Notes: generated from the sequence alone by a model not told the origin. A DNA stretch of 64,000 nucleotides from Nemertoderma westbladi (GCA_032718475.1 JAUCBJ010003590.1:26230-90229), one strand, 5' to 3'; shown: positions 11,400 through 25,597, counted from the first letter of the stretch. Program-made: numbers and translations.

Positions 11400-12928
11400 A
11401 TGATTGAGTTGATAGAAGATGATCTTGGTATCAGGGAGCGATATACTCTACCTTTGCAAGCGTTTGTTGATAGCTTGATACGTAGCGACGCTGGTCCAAC
11501 TACTACGGAGGACGATGGTCGTTATATCTAACCGCCAATGTCCTGGGAACAACTTGCGCGTGGGTTGGACTGTAGAAAATTCACCGCTCGCTATACGCAT
11601 CGTAATGGTACGTATATGGACTTCTTAACTACTGGTCATCCTATCGACCTACACGATACGAACGATATAGACACCAAAAGGGAAATGGTTTATTTAAATA
11701 TCATACCCAGCGGAAGCGGAAGGATAAACTGAGACTCGAACACGAAAACTCTATTCGAAACCGACTCGAAAGTGCAGATGTCGAAGAGCCGGATAAACGC
11801 AGCGACTTCACCAAATACCTGGAATTCTTGAGAGAAACCTATCTCGATATTACCAGTCAACAGAATCTAGAAACTCGATATCCTCAAGGTATACATCATG
11901 ACCGCATGGTAGAACTCAAACGGCTCTATTCCACTATGATGTATCTTACCGCCGATCGACCGCTACCTGTTGTACCGGATAGCTTCGAACGAATGGAGGA
12001 ATATTGTAAGCTGGAGAAAGATCACTCGCGTTTCCCCTACAAGACGTGCGTTTTTGGTATTATTGCGATGAATGTCCAAGACCCAACCAACAAACGGAAT
12101 GACATAAACATCCGCGGAGACGTTGCTTTAAACACGGTTTTACTCGCTATATTTACGGGAGTTTCGAGCGAAACTTGTTCGATGTATCACCTACGCTCGT
12201 TCGACTCAGACGATCTTTAAATAAACCAATGATCAGAGTTTCAGAATACTCGATCAGATCTCCTCATTCCCTAGTGTGTAGTGAGACCTCAGACTCTTGA
12301 TCCTATTGGTATGACGGATCCTCCCGAGCTGTACTCACTACTCAAAGATCTAGTGTTACCTGAACAATTAGTCGGTGGCACCCCGGTTGTGGGCTTCCTA
12401 GATATTAGCCCATACTACCTAGCCGGATTGGGACGCGGACATTTAATATCGCCGTTTAACCCTTACCATCGTCCCGGCTTAACACGATATAACCTGTCAC
12501 CAAAGTGGCGGAGAGCGTTGTACCAAATGAGTTAGACGCCATTCTACAAAGATCAGAAAAGGAACTTACGCTTGTTCAGATAAACGTAAATTGCACTAGC
12601 AAGTCCAAGCGGTAAACAAAGTAACTTTATCTAAGTTCGATCGGGAAATCCAGAATCTCTAAGAAGTTATCGAACTTGGACGATCCTATTCTCTGCGAGA
12701 GTTTTTGGATGAACGTATCCAGCTACGAGCGGAGGAAAATCAGCTCGAGGAGAAGCATATCGAAACGGCGGATACCTCGACCATAATCCTACACCTTCTG
12801 ATGCAAGCATATTGCACCCTTCACCCAGGAGTTATGGCCCTCCTAGTAAAGTGGCTCCCCCCAAAGAGAAAAGGACTCTTGCTAGCCTCAAAAAACTGCG
12901 TAAACGCCGTCCTCGTAAGAAAGACTAA
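11400..12928 (+). pseudogene. Decayed orphan accessory ORF (~500 codons) between pol remnant and 3' LTR of BEL-1
   Basis: Coding-like segments 11400-11732, 11720-12535 and 12600-12928 linked by frameshifts and several stops; ends ...KKLRKRRPRKKD*. No domain recognised. Confidence 0.55.
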
Positions 12929-13006
12929 CTGTTTAGAGTATCTTTATATTTTAGAAACTGTGATTTGTTATATTTTATAGACTTAAATCCCATTTTCTGG
13001 GAGCGG

Positions 13007-14133
13007 TGTAAAGGCTTTTGCGTAATTAGCCGGTTATTTTCCCCGTAAAGTACTCTGTAGTTGGTTTAACCGGCATAAAAGGCCGTGTCCTTACTGTATT
13101 GTTGTTTTAGAGGACATAAAAGCCATTTCTTCTGTATGTGTACTTTAGCGGACATGATTAGCAATTCTATGACGCAATAAGCCGGATCCTCTTGAAACAG
13201 TGTAGATACCATGACGACGGCTAACAGCTGATATTGCCACGTAGAACATCTCTTTGTTCTTTGTTCTCTCTTTGTTCGGTCGACCAATCAGAGCGTTTTT
13301 TGCCTCTGTGTTGGAGATGGTGTATAGAAACTAGGGAAGTGAGTCAGTATGTGATTTTTCCACAGCCTACAACACCGGCGTGGAACCTCCGTGTTTCAGT
13401 CTTTAGTTCAACATTAGTAGGCTTAATTATAGAACGTATATCCGTTATCTATCCATAACTTAATCATTCATACCTTAACATTACTGCTTTTGCTGTCGGT
13501 TATTCATTATATTTGTTGATGGAACATTATATTCGGAATACTGATAAACAATCAGACACCCCAATCTTCTTGATATACTAAAGGTTAGAGAGACCGGATA
13601 CATATAACGATTGCGACTTACATTGAGTGGTTTGAAGTGAATCTAATGCTATTTTATAGGCTGTACATGTATTGTCTGTTATTCTCTTTGTATGTGACTA
13701 AAATTAGTAAAGGTCGGCAGATTGGTGTGCAGCATTGTGTATTATTGTGATTGATAACGAAGCATCTCCTAAAGAATGCGCCATATACGTGAATCTATAG
13801 CCATCCCGTTGCGTCTGGTTTAAGTCATAACTCTGTTTATATATTTAGAGCGCCACGTCCTAAAGGAACTGTTAATATTTCCCGAAAGTGAATAATATTG
13901 TCAGAGATTATATATATTAAGATCAGTCGAATAATACAGTAGGTCTATCCCGCAATACGATTAGGCTTCCGAATCCAGTCTCCCGGGTATATCCAGCGGG
14001 TGAATGATCGCGCATAGACTGGTTTCGGCTAATGTAGTGTATCAAATATTTGTCGTAGGCTAAAGACGAACTATTATCTAGAAGACTTCCCAATTTGGCA
14101 GGTTAAACTGCTAAAGGTCTGAAAGCGCGAACA
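13007..14133 (+). repeat. BEL-1 3' LTR (1127 bp)
   Basis: Direct repeat of 2017-3153, followed by TSD GCAAT. Confidence 0.95.
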
Positions 14134-14928
14134 GCAATCTCAAAGATCTGGAATACTATTGAAAACTTCACTCACTCAAAATATCTAAAACGAAAGAAGG
14201 GCCCTAAGATTATTCATCACAGTTGTTACATTAACTGCAATTAAGTAAATAAAGAGGCAACTAATTTCATTTAAATTTCTAAACATTTTATTTAAGATAA
14301 ATATTAAGTATTGAGAGCACCGTTAAGTTTAAATAATGTAACAAAATTACGTACTGTACATCATTGTACAGTATGAAGGAAACTATTCCCCGATAAGACC
14401 CGGTTGTTTATTTATACAGTACAAACCTCCCTCGCTACGCTCGCTCATTACATAAATACACTCAGTTCATAACGTTGAAATGTGCTACAATGATAGACTG
14501 TAAATAAATACTGATGTATTCCATATCACTGTGGGAAACTAATAAGGTAATTGTAGGGCACAGAAACGATGGCGTTTTTCGCAATTTTCGCAAAAAACGT
14601 AAATGAAACCTCGCATTCTTCTTATAGGCCACCTGTAGTTACTGTAATTTATAGTTCGCATTCTATGTATTTATGCATTAATGCATACAGTAGGCCTACG
14701 TACAGTAGAATAGGCCTACTGCGGGGCGGGCAAGTCGCCTTGGGGCGGGTATATACAACATAGTATTATACCCGTGGTACTGTAGGACTATTTACTAGAT
14801 ACTGCGTAAGTATTGTATGCATTAATTACTACCTTAGCACAACGGTAGACTGATTGACCCCCCCCCCCCCCCCCCCCCCTCTCTATTGTCTTATTATTCC
14901 TAATGGTAGGTCTTTCTTTCCGTACCAG

Positions 14929-15210
14929 GTGATATGGGAGAACACGAAAGAGATCGGATGTGGAGTTAGATACTGTGAGGATGACGGTATGACTCTCGTC
15001 GCTTGCGATTATTACCCCGCAGGCAACTACTTGGGTAATTACCCTTACCAAGCTGTACAATCTGGCAGTGGCAGTGATGACAGTGGCAGTGGCAGTGCCA
15101 GTGATGGCAGTGGCAGTGGTAGTGCCAGTGATGATGGAGTGGATACCACCTCAACACTAGAAGGTACAACACCAGCATCAACATCTACGGAGGACACAAC
15201 AGTCGCCTAA
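14929..15210 (+). CDS. CAP/SCP gene, terminal coding exon with Ser/Gly/Asp- and Thr-rich tail
   Basis: Acceptor ctttccgtaccag|14929. VIWENTKEIGCG...LVACDYYPAGNY completes GHFTQ|VIW and the second CAP signature. Stop at 15208-15210, AATAAA at 15251. Confidence 0.9.
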   Translation: MIWENTKEIGCGVRYCEDDGMTLVACDYYPAGNYLGNYPYQAVQSGSGSDDSGSGSASDGSGSGSASDDGVDTTSTLEGTTPASTSTEDTTVA

Positions 15211-15644
15211 CGATGATACTGTACTGTACGGTAGGCCTACAATCAAACTTAATAAAGAATATGGGTAATGGTGTCATAGAGTAATAATTAATTTTATTAT
15301 ATTCTGTATGTAGTGTTGTCATAATAAGTATAACTATTCAGCTAATTGTATGTAGGCCTACTGTAGGTGGGCCTACTACACCTTATATTATCTTGGTGTA
15401 GTTTCTTTACACACAATCGTAACTCGCAACACAACATCTGTTATTGACATACTGTAATTGTTATGCACAAAAATTGTGTTTATTGTACACCCGCCAATGC
15501 TATTTGGTTTTCGCATCAAATTTATTTCCCACGAAAGCAGCTGGTATCTAGCGGCTGAAAAACGAACACTTTATTGTGAACAAATAAAGTAATGTTGAAT
15601 TTTAATTTCAAAGTAATTTCCATGACATTGATTTTTTATATTAG

Positions 15645-15763
15645 CTATAGATACGACCCGCTAAGCTGCTGCAAAGCCCCTTAATTTAGTGGGCCAGTTA
15701 TTTCTCTTAGATAGAACCCCTGTTTATATTTATTTAAAGCCCCTATTTAATAGTTCTAGCTCT
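15645..15763 (+). repeat. 5' part of a Helentron/HINE-like interspersed repeat interrupted by BEL-2 (continues 28914-29068)
   Basis: atagatacgacccgc.aagctgctgcaaagcccc..aatttagtgggccagttattt is shared with 29069 and, inverted, 40445-40504. Confidence 0.65.
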
Positions 15764-16122
15764 TGTGCGAAATCCAGGCTGGTTCTGTAAAACTGTTTTT
15801 CATTGTTTTAAAATCTTTCTTACTTAATAATAACATATATAATAAACTGATTAGCATTTAGGTAAATATGATAATTATAGTTCAGTACATAATAATTAAC
15901 GGTATAAGGCACCAGATCACGGTACCGGTAAGTATAACACAGACAGACACAGTCTGTGTATGAAAATGACTGAAAAGCAGAACAAGGAAACGACACGTCC
16001 TTCTGTAGTTGGTTAGTAAGAATATAATCAAGCAGTCAGCCATATGTATAGTAAAAATATGTGGTACTAAAAAATTACTTCAATCCTAAATACAGTATAA
16101 TTATTATCTGTAATTTAGGACA
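15764..16122 (-). repeat. BEL-2 3' LTR (359 bp)
   Basis: tgtgcgaaatcc...ttaggaca, direct repeat of 28548-28908. Confidence 0.95.
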
Positions 16123-16302
16123 TACTCCCGCCACCGAACAAATAAACGCTTCTAGCTAAATAATTAGGCTCTATAAAAATTAATATTTTCAAATTATATA
16201 TATATATATAGCCTTCGTCAAAATAACATGCAAAACAAAATGAACCATATAATGTAACAAAATAATATTTGGTTATAAAATATTTCTCAACGGGATAAGT
16301 AA

Positions 16303-19300
16303 TCATATACTACTTTCACTCTCGGACTCAGATTCATTGCATATCGTAGTGATTCGTTGTTGGGCTTCAGTAGCCGCCTGGCGTTGTGGACGCTCTGATC
16401 TTACTGGGGGCTCTGGTTGAACGAGAGTGCCGGTAGTTGTTTGATTAAGGGGGCCGAGTTCAATATTGTCCGTTTCTAGAGGATACAACTTCCGTACAGG
16501 GCGTACTAGTGTTCCTAACTGTGTACGTAGGACGACAGATCGTACCCATCCATCCTTACCGGGGTGTAAGGTGATCACACGACCAAGGGACCATTTAGAA
16601 TGTGGTAAATGCGGATTATGTATTTGTACGATGTCATTTAAACGAATTTGTGTGGTTGGAAATGGGTTGTTCCATCGATGGTACTCGCGCAATGCAGTGA
16701 GATATTTGTGGGACCAGCGATTTTGAAACGCTTGCAATAAGTTTTGTATGTACAATTGACGGCGATTCAGTGTCGAATGTGGTACAAGGTCTGGATCATC
16801 GAGATCATCTCGCTCGATAATTCGATTTGGCAATGTGGTAATACGATGTCCAACCATTAATGTCGAGGGTGTAATGGGATTGAGGTCATCAATGTTAGAA
16901 GACACGTAGGTCAGTGGCCGGTCATTTAAAATAGCTTCAATTTCAATAACGACAGTCTGGAGCTCCTCCAATGAAATCAAGGCACGTCCCAATATCTTTT
17001 TCAAAATATCCTTTACCATTTTGATTAGTCTTTCCCAGAAGCCTCCATACCAAGGACTAGCTGGTGGGATCGTCTTCCAAATAGTCCTCTGATTAAGTAG
17101 GTAATCACGTACACCTGGATCATCCTGTATAGCTTTCATAATATCATTTGCAGCAGTGAAGTTAGTTGCATTATCGCTTAGTATCAAAGAAGGAGTAGAA
17201 CGTCGCCCAATAAGACGTCGAAATGCAAAAAGGAAAGATTCTGCACTGGCATCTTTTGCTATTTCCAGATGTACAGCGCGTGAAGTCGCACAAGTAAACA
17301 AGACAATATAAACTTTAACTTGTTCATTACAATCTATTACAATGAGTCTACCAGTATAGTCTACACCAGTAGTTTCAAATGGTCTTGTTTTATTAACTCT
17401 AAAGATAGGTAATGGAGGTGGAGGAGGTGTTGAGTATGGGAGACCTCTGAGACGTTTGCAAGTAATACATTTATGACAGATGGATTTAACGATTTGTCGA
17501 ATTCTAGGGATCCACCAATTCTGTCTAAGGTAAGTGACAGTGTCGCCAATACCAGAATGACAAATACGTTCATGGGCGTATGAAATCAGTAGTCGGGTAA
17601 ATCGGTAGTCGGTCAGGATAAAGTAGGATAGGTTGCTGAGTATTCCATGGTAGATCGGAATATTGTATTCTTCCAGCACATCGGATAATACCATCTACTA
17701 GAATCAAACGTAACTGTTTTATTATAGCAGGAGAGCGGGACTTGCTCTTATCATTCAAAAGACAACGATATACATCAGGATAACAAGTTTGTTGTATGTA
17801 TTTAATTAAATACAACTCGGCAGTTTTAATATCATTGGAATTTATAGTATCTCTGACATTATCATTTACTATTTGACTATGTTCATTAATGGACTTGCGC
17901 AAATTTATTCTATATTTGAGTTTGCGAATAAATATAAATACATATGCTGTCACTCGAAGTAGTTTATCATAATTGCTGAATTTGGAAATGTTTATCAGTT
18001 GCTCTGGAACAGATAATATGGATTCAACTGTTGAACACAATGTATTTATTTGTGGTTGATTAATATAATTGTAGTTAACATGAGATTGTTTAGGCCAATC
18101 AGATGACGTTAGCCAATTGGGACCATGTCGCCATAAATCGGATTTCAGAAGTATCTTCGCTTTTATTCCCCTGGATAACATATCTGAGGGATTGTCATTG
18201 GTTGAAACGTATTGAAAGTCTGCATTTGGTAGAATGCTATGTATCTCTTCAACTCGATGACGAACATAAGGATTAATAATGCCTTTAGATTTGACCCAAA
18301 GTAATGCGATTTGGCTGTCAGACCACACCCACAGACGACAATTTGGTAGTTGATGAGATAGTGTATCAGCAACATAACGAATGAGCCGAGCACCAACTGT
18401 TAATGAGGTCAACTCCAGTTGAGGAAGTGATAATTTAGTCTTCTTCTTCTTTTGAGGAGATTCTGATGTTAGAGGTAGTAAGGGTGCGACTCGTCCCTTA
18501 GCCATCACTAACTCGGATTGTTCAGATTGAACTGCATAAACGACTGCACCATAAGCTTTAATGGAAGCATCGCAAAACACATGTAATTTGGAACTGAGTC
18601 CTAAAGGTAGTCGTCGAGGTACTTCGAATGAAACTACAAGATTGAAGTCATTAATAATGGATTCCCATTCCTTCATAAATACATCAGGAATGGGTTCCTT
18701 CCATGACAATCCACGTTGCCACAACTGTTGGAGGAACATATGTGATCGGATGGTTACTGGAAATAACCAGCCATTAGGATCATATAACTTAGAAGTCAAG
18801 CACAAAACAACATGTTTTGTAACAATATCTGGAGAAACAATGTCTACGGTGGGAAATCCAATAACATCAGTATTTGTATCCCATAATAACCCAAATAAGG
18901 ATATAGTAGTATTTGTGACTTTGGGACCATTGTTATCTTTGTCAATAATTTGTTGTAATTTAGGTAAATTAGTGTGACCCATTGTTTTAATGGGAATCCA
19001 CCAGCAATGAGAACGTCGCAGCATTTGCGATAATAAGATATCAAACTGTCTTCGCTTTCATCAGTAGCCTGAAGGTTATCTACATAGATATTGTCAATAA
19101 TACGTTTGGCTAAAGTGATTTCATCATTTGATTTTATTAGAGTAGATTTCACATGGTGTCGTATTGTTGCGTTGAGTAGAAATTGAGAGCATGTAGCCAC
19201 AAACAACACTACGCGGAATCTGTAAATATCCCATGGGCTAGACTCATCTTCTGGATTACTGGGCCAAAAGAATCGAGTAACATTACGATCGACTTCTTCA

Positions 19301-21489
19301 ACTCCAATCTGGAGGAATGCTTTCTCTATATCAGCTACTGACGCCCATTTATTACAGCGAATTTTCATTAATAATGATACCAGCATTTGACTCAATGATG
19401 GACCAGTATATAGGCAGTCATTAAGACTCGGTTTATGTGGTCCTGAGCGTGCAGAACAATCAAAGACAACTCTTAGTGGGGTTGTAGAAGATGTTGGCTT
19501 CATGACCCCATGATGAGCAAGGTAATGTACTTGTTGAACATTATTTGATAAATTGATAGAATCTAGTGGTACCTTCTCAATAAATCCACGTTCTAGTTGA
19601 TTCATAATCACATTATGAAAACAACGTAGGAGTTCAGGTGTTTTCCTGAGTTTGGACAATGTACCATATAAGCGCTTGCGAGCTAACTGGATATTTGTAG
19701 GCAGAACTGGGGCATCAGGTCGCCATGGGAACTTTACTACATAATTACCATTTTCGAATCGTATAGATTGCTCAAAGTTAAGAATAGTTGATTCATGCAA
19801 TAGATCTGGGTCTTCGTAATTTATGCCAATTGCATCTAGACTCCAAATTCGATCGAAGGCAATCTCTACATTCATTTCGGGGTTGGTATGCTCTTCAGGT
19901 CCAATGTCTGAAGTTGAGGTAAAACTACATAGTGCACTTAAAGCACTTTTTATAGATTCACTGGTGGGTAGACAACCAGCTATAATATCCCCTAAGTTCG
20001 AAGGTATACAATATAAACCATCATATATTTTTTTGCATAAATAAACGAGAAAAAATAATCTACACCGATCAGCAGACCTAGATCTGGAATATCATCTCCT
20101 CCTCGTGGATCAGCCAAGGAGAAACCTTGGAGCTTAAGGGTTTCAATAAGTTAGTCCCTACCAGTGGTATGTAGACGATGTGGAAGTGTGTCCACTACAA
20201 GTGCATTAACCAGGACTGGACCGTCAGATGTAGCGACACTGAATGCCATCAATAGACATCAGAATGCGCCAAGAGGTGCATAAATTAAATGCATTCGTCG
20301 CAATATAAATGAACATTGTGAACCAGGGTCTAGTAATGCCCTTACTTCATGAGTACCAGGAGGACCATCTCTTGTTGAAGTTCCAACTATGATTGGTGCA
20401 ATAGCCGAGAAAAGTAAAGCAAAGTAGGTAGGACTATATTACTACCACCTTGTTTAAAAGGAGCTGTATCATTGGCAGCAGTAACCAATGAACCTGCAGT
20501 ACTTGACCCAGTACTGGAAGGATGGTGAAAAGTTGAATTTACCTGAGATTTATGATCTGCACTAGAACGACTAAGTAAATTTGAACTATAAGTATGTGGT
20601 GCTGACGACTCAGCAGCATGTAGTTGCTCAATCTCCTCCCTAAGTGCAACACGTAAGTCGTCTAATGACCAATGTGTTGATTTCGCAGCACGATTAATGT
20701 TGCTGCGAATTTTAGCCGGAAGTTTGCGTACAGTAAGTTCTGCATAAACGTAACCAGCATCATCAATGTTATAACCCAATGCATAGGTTTAGGTGATGAC
20801 AGGTCAAATATTGTATTTAAACGTGCACGAAGTATAACTTCCTTTCTACCATAAGTATTCTTTAACAACATTACAGCTTCGTTATAGTCTTCATTTGTGC
20901 GTTGAAAGTTATCAACTAAGCGCGCAGCTTCACCAGTTAGTTGTCCTTCCAGATATGTGAATTTTGTAGCACCTGCAATATCTTGGTGTTTATCTACAGC
21001 ATCAACAAATCTGTCCCAAAAATTGGGCCAGTCTATGGGGTTGCCAGAAAATGTTGGCAACTTTATACTCGGTAGCTTTTGCTGTCTAACTCGACCAATT
21101 TGATTATCATTAAGCATAGATGAATCATGATTGGATGATCTGCCATTACTTACTTCGCATTTGGTAGGACTTGGATTAAGGAATGTATCAACTATACGGA
21201 GTGCTGATGACATTCGACGGTCATCTCGACAATTTTTGTCGATTTCTGATACTACCTCAGTCTCAGTGGGGACTAGGCTTAAAATGTGTTCATTTAAATC
21301 TAGAATCTTAGATTGTTGGTCTCGCAATGATGTAGTAACATTGATAATGTGATCTACATCAGGGTTTTCGATAGCTATTTTTGCATCAGCATCAACAAAC
21401 AATAAAGGATATAGCTCATCTAACAACTTAGTCACCATGGCACGGTGACCACCGCATTTGCTCTTTAGTTTGGCTAAAGTTTCAGCCAT
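16303..21489 (-). pseudogene. BEL-2 gag-pol, several frameshifts
   Basis: gag LPTFSGNPIDWPNFWDRF (21489-20387); protease RALLDPGSQCSFI (~20340); RT RVVFDCSA, LNDCLYTGP, ADIEKAFLQI, YVDN (19875-18960); RNase H LHVFCDAS, WSDSQIAL, NPSDMLSRG; integrase HHCC plus GVDYTG, SDNATNF, GGFWERL and RPVRKLYPLE. Confidence 0.92.
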
Positions 21490-22195
21490 TGAGATTTAGT
21501 TTAGGCTATATCACAGAATAATAATCAGATAATGGCTCAGTAAATTGCGTTGTGTTTATAAATTAAAATATTATTTATATTATACTGGTATTGCGTACCG
21601 GTATTCAATATTCATTATTCCAGTAGGCCTATCAGTCGGGCACTTTTTTTTTTTTTTTTTTTTTTTTCTTCTTATAAAAAAGCCCTCTTGCCGATTAATT
21701 ACATATTTATGTTTATTGCACCACGGACACAGATAAATGTTAAATGAAACAAAAGCACACTTTGTTATCCACTGTACGTGATACACATCACACACACCAA
21801 ACGCACCACACGCACAAAAGCACCACACTCACAAACGCACCCAAACCAAAAAAATGAGATTAGGGCATCAAAAGTAAACCAGCCCTGACCGTTGCTAGTA
21901 CCATTAATCAGATCGAAATTTATTGTTAAATTCAGAAGTTATGAACGAGTAGTGTGTAAAATAAGTAAAAATTAAGATTAAAAGATATGTGTTGCAATCC
22001 GCAAGATATAAAAGTTTAAAGGGGCAAATATTTGGAAGAATAAGTAAACCACTAACAAAAATTAAAAAAGTCTAAATTCTAGAATTGTTTTGCACTTTAT
22101 TATACATATTTTGTTCTGTTCCACTATGTTATTACTGTAATTTAAAACCTGAAAGAGAAAACCAGTGGTATGTTGAGACGGACGTACAGACTACC

Positions 22196-25100
22196 CTAAT
22201 AGCCGAGACTGTTAAATCGACCTGTATTGAATACGAATATTGTAATTACATCGATAAGGGCGACCGCCTTGTCGCGCAGCGCTGTCGTGGAGACTGGGTG
22301 ACTGTCAGGTCCGTGTGGTGGGCCAAATAAGATAGTGGTAAGTGTTGGTCTTAGTCCTAAAGCCGAAATAGCTGCATGCAACATAATATGGTGAGAATGA
22401 AATAGTGGGCATTCCATAAAGTAGTGGAAAGTGTCCTCCCGTTGATGGCCACAGGAACATGATTTGACGGTTTGGACATGATTGGAGTAAAGGTCAGAGT
22501 TCAGAGATGAGCAATTACATCTCAGTCTGGCAAGTAAGCCGTTTATAGTTGGAGACCCAAGGGAGTAATAGGGAGGGATTGGATGCAGAGAACAAATTAT
22601 AGGCAATACACTTTGCTTAAAAGTTGTGATAGAGTCTGCGGACTGCTTATCTGTAGGAAGACTGTTCCAGAGACAAACGACGGAAGGCAAGAATGAGTCT
22701 CTGTAAAAGTTTCTGCATGCCATTGGCGGACGAACGTTACCAGAGTTACGGGTGTCATAGACGCTGGCAGACCTTACAACAGGGGGAAGCATGTCTAGTA
22801 AGTGCTGTGGGGCGTGGCCAGACATCATTTTATAGAAAATACACAATTTCTGATAGTCCCGTCTTTGTTGAAGTGGACATAGACCAGACTCCTTGTACAA
22901 CTTGTTTGTGGGGCAAGATATTGTTAATCGACACACGATTCGAATTGATTCCTTATTTAGGAGTTCCAACTCAGTTTTGAGTTCCTGAGAACAGTTGTCC
23001 CAAACGGCACCGGCGTATTCCAGGTTTGAACGAACAAAAGATTTGTAAATGTTCATTAATGCATCTCTACCAACTTTGTACTTAACAATTCTTAACATGT
23101 TTAACTTCTTGTTGGCAGCGACGAGCATTTTTGCAACCTGTGAATGCCATTTTAAGGAGGATGAGAAGATGAGGCCGAGATGCCTATGCTCTGAGACTTC
23201 TGGGATAGGAATACCATTGAGAAATAAGGGGAGGTGATTTGGGTCGCGCGATCTGCGGTGAGAAAAAAGCATACACTCAGATTTAGCAAGGTTAAATTTG
23301 ACCAACCATCTTGCTCCCCAATTGGAAATTGAGTTGAGATCCGCATTAAGTGCGGATGCGGCAAGGATACAATTCGACCTAGAGTTGACTTCTATGTAAA
23401 GAGCTGTGTCGTCAGCATAGAGACTAATATTACCAGTGACTACGTCTACTATGTCATTGATAAAAATCAAAAACAGTAATGGGCCCAACACAGAACCTTG
23501 TGGAACTCCAGCCAAGACCTTAACCCATGATGACTGTTGACCATTCACTACGACGCATTGAAAATTATCTTTTAAATAGTTATGAAGCCATTCAAGAAGC
23601 TTTCCTCCAATACCCATGTTTTCGATTTTATATAGAAGACTTTTGTGGTGGACTTTATCAAATGCTTTGCTAATATCCAGGAAAACTATGCATACCTCTT
23701 TTCCTTTGTCTAAGGCATTAACAAGGGCGTTGTAGAGAGAAATCAATTGGTAGATGGTCCCATCACCACTTTTAAAGCCAGACTGAAATTTTGAAATGTA
23801 ATTTTTGACATGAGCAAAGATTATTCTGTGGATGTAATGTTCAAACAGCTTGCCGAGGTTACTAGTAAGGGCCACAGGACGGAAGTTGTTGCAAATATCG
23901 TTTGGAATATTTTTTAGGAGTGGCAAAACATAACGCAATTTCCAGTTCTTCGGGTGAACCACACTATCAAATATGAACTGGAACAGTTTAGAAAGGTGAT
24001 TTATGATTACAGGCATCCCATCCCGGCTTTAATCATTTTATTGGAAATCCCCTCAGCCGCACAGGTAGCACTGTCAGGGTCTAAAGTTTTTATGTCACAC
24101 AGAATTTCGGGCGTATGAAAGACAATCTCAGTTAACAAAGGTTCTGGAAAAGCAGTATGAGGCATAATGAAGTTTGATTCATCCAATGAATACTGGTCAA
24201 TGAAAAAGGAGTTGAAGAGGTCTGCTTCCTCTTTTGGAGTGACAGCAACAACATTATTATAAGATATTGAGGGAATCTCCTGTTCTGGTACTTTCCCCAG
24301 CAGTTGTTTACAGATCAACCACCATTGTTTACTGGAAAATCTGGTTGAAATGAGTTTGTCCGACAGGTTTGAGAAATACTCCTTTTTTGCTTTACGGCAT
24401 TCAAGAATGTACTTGTTTCTGGCTAGGCGGAAACTGGTCCAGGAGTTGTCATTGTTAGTAGATTTTGCTGTCCTGTGAACTCTGTCCTTTATACGAGAGA
24501 GGCGCCTTAACTTAGTGGTGTACCATGGCTTGTCGTTTGGGCGTACAGTAATAATTTTGTTCGGAATGGAAGAACTCGCACAGAGCATAAATTTGTCAGT
24601 CCATGCAGAAACAACTTTGTTAACTTCTGTATGCTCTAAGTAGACACTATCCCAGTCTGTTTCACTCAACTGATGCCTGAATTTTGAAAAATCCGCCTCC
24701 TTGTACAGCCAAATGCGCCTGGTGTACGATGGGATGTTTCGAATGGGAAATTTATATGAGAAAGAGATAATGATCACTTGTGCTGTAAGGGCTAGATACA
24801 ACTATATTGGAAATTGAATCGGGAAGATTTGAAATAACAGATGACGGCGAAGTGCTGGTCAATTGTGTTATACGTGTTGGCTCCCTAATATGTTGGAATA
24901 AACATTGGCGTGAAATAAAGGAAGTTATTTCACGACATTTTGATCAGTTTAAAAGGTCCTGGTTGAAGTCGCCCAAAATAAGTATTTCATTGAAACCTAA
25001 ACTTTTTATTTCTGAAACCATCGAATTTGCTGCTTCCCAAAAAGAACTAGTAGTGGTGTTGGGGCGATAGAATAGACCTATGGCGAGTTTTCTAGAACTA

Positions 25101-25597
25101 AGGGTACAGGAGCACCACAATGATTCGAATAGGGGATCTATATCCTCTATGTTAGAGAGTCTCTTAACAGTAAACATATTGGAAATGTATAAAGCTAGGC
25201 CACCACCGTGCGAAGGGCGGTCACGGCGCTGAGGTTCGTGAAACTTTGAAATAAGGAATTTCTTGGAAATATGTGCTGGTGAAAACCATGTCTCGACAAA
25301 TGCAAGAACTTCAAATTTTGAGGATAAATTTTCTGGCAAAAAATCCCAATTGCAGGATAATGACTGAATGTTCGTCAGCATAACTCGGAGAGATGGGAGA
25401 TTTGGGCCGGGGTTAGGGTGAATGTCCCCAGATATGTACAAAATAAAGATTAAACAAGCAATAAACCATACGAGAGCTAAGCCTGTAAACATCCACGAGG
25501 TAAGAGTGTCTAAAAAGTGCTCACTTTTTAAGTATCCGGAGATAGCCCCATGAAAAGTCCCCACGCTTGCTCGCCACTGCTCAATAGAGATATTCAT
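22196..25597 (-). pseudogene. LINE ORF2: 2A-like leader, APE endonuclease, reverse transcriptase, C-terminal CxC..H..C; frameshifted
   Basis: MNISIEQWR...SGDIHPNPGP; NIQSL, VETW, GGGLALY, YRP, LGDFN (EN); FLDISKAFDKV, GVPQGSVLGPLLF, YADD (RT); RLRCNCSSLN...CSCG...HYFMEC. Confidence 0.9.

Larger units (their letters stand above)
2017..14133 (+). mobile_element. BEL/Pao LTR retrotransposon, non-autonomous deletion derivative (BEL-1)
   Basis: TG...CA LTRs at 2017-3153 and 13007-14133, 5-bp TSD GCAAT (2012-2016 / 14134-14138), purine tract gggagcgg before the 3' LTR. BEL-type gag with zinc knuckles and aspartic protease. Confidence 0.95.
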
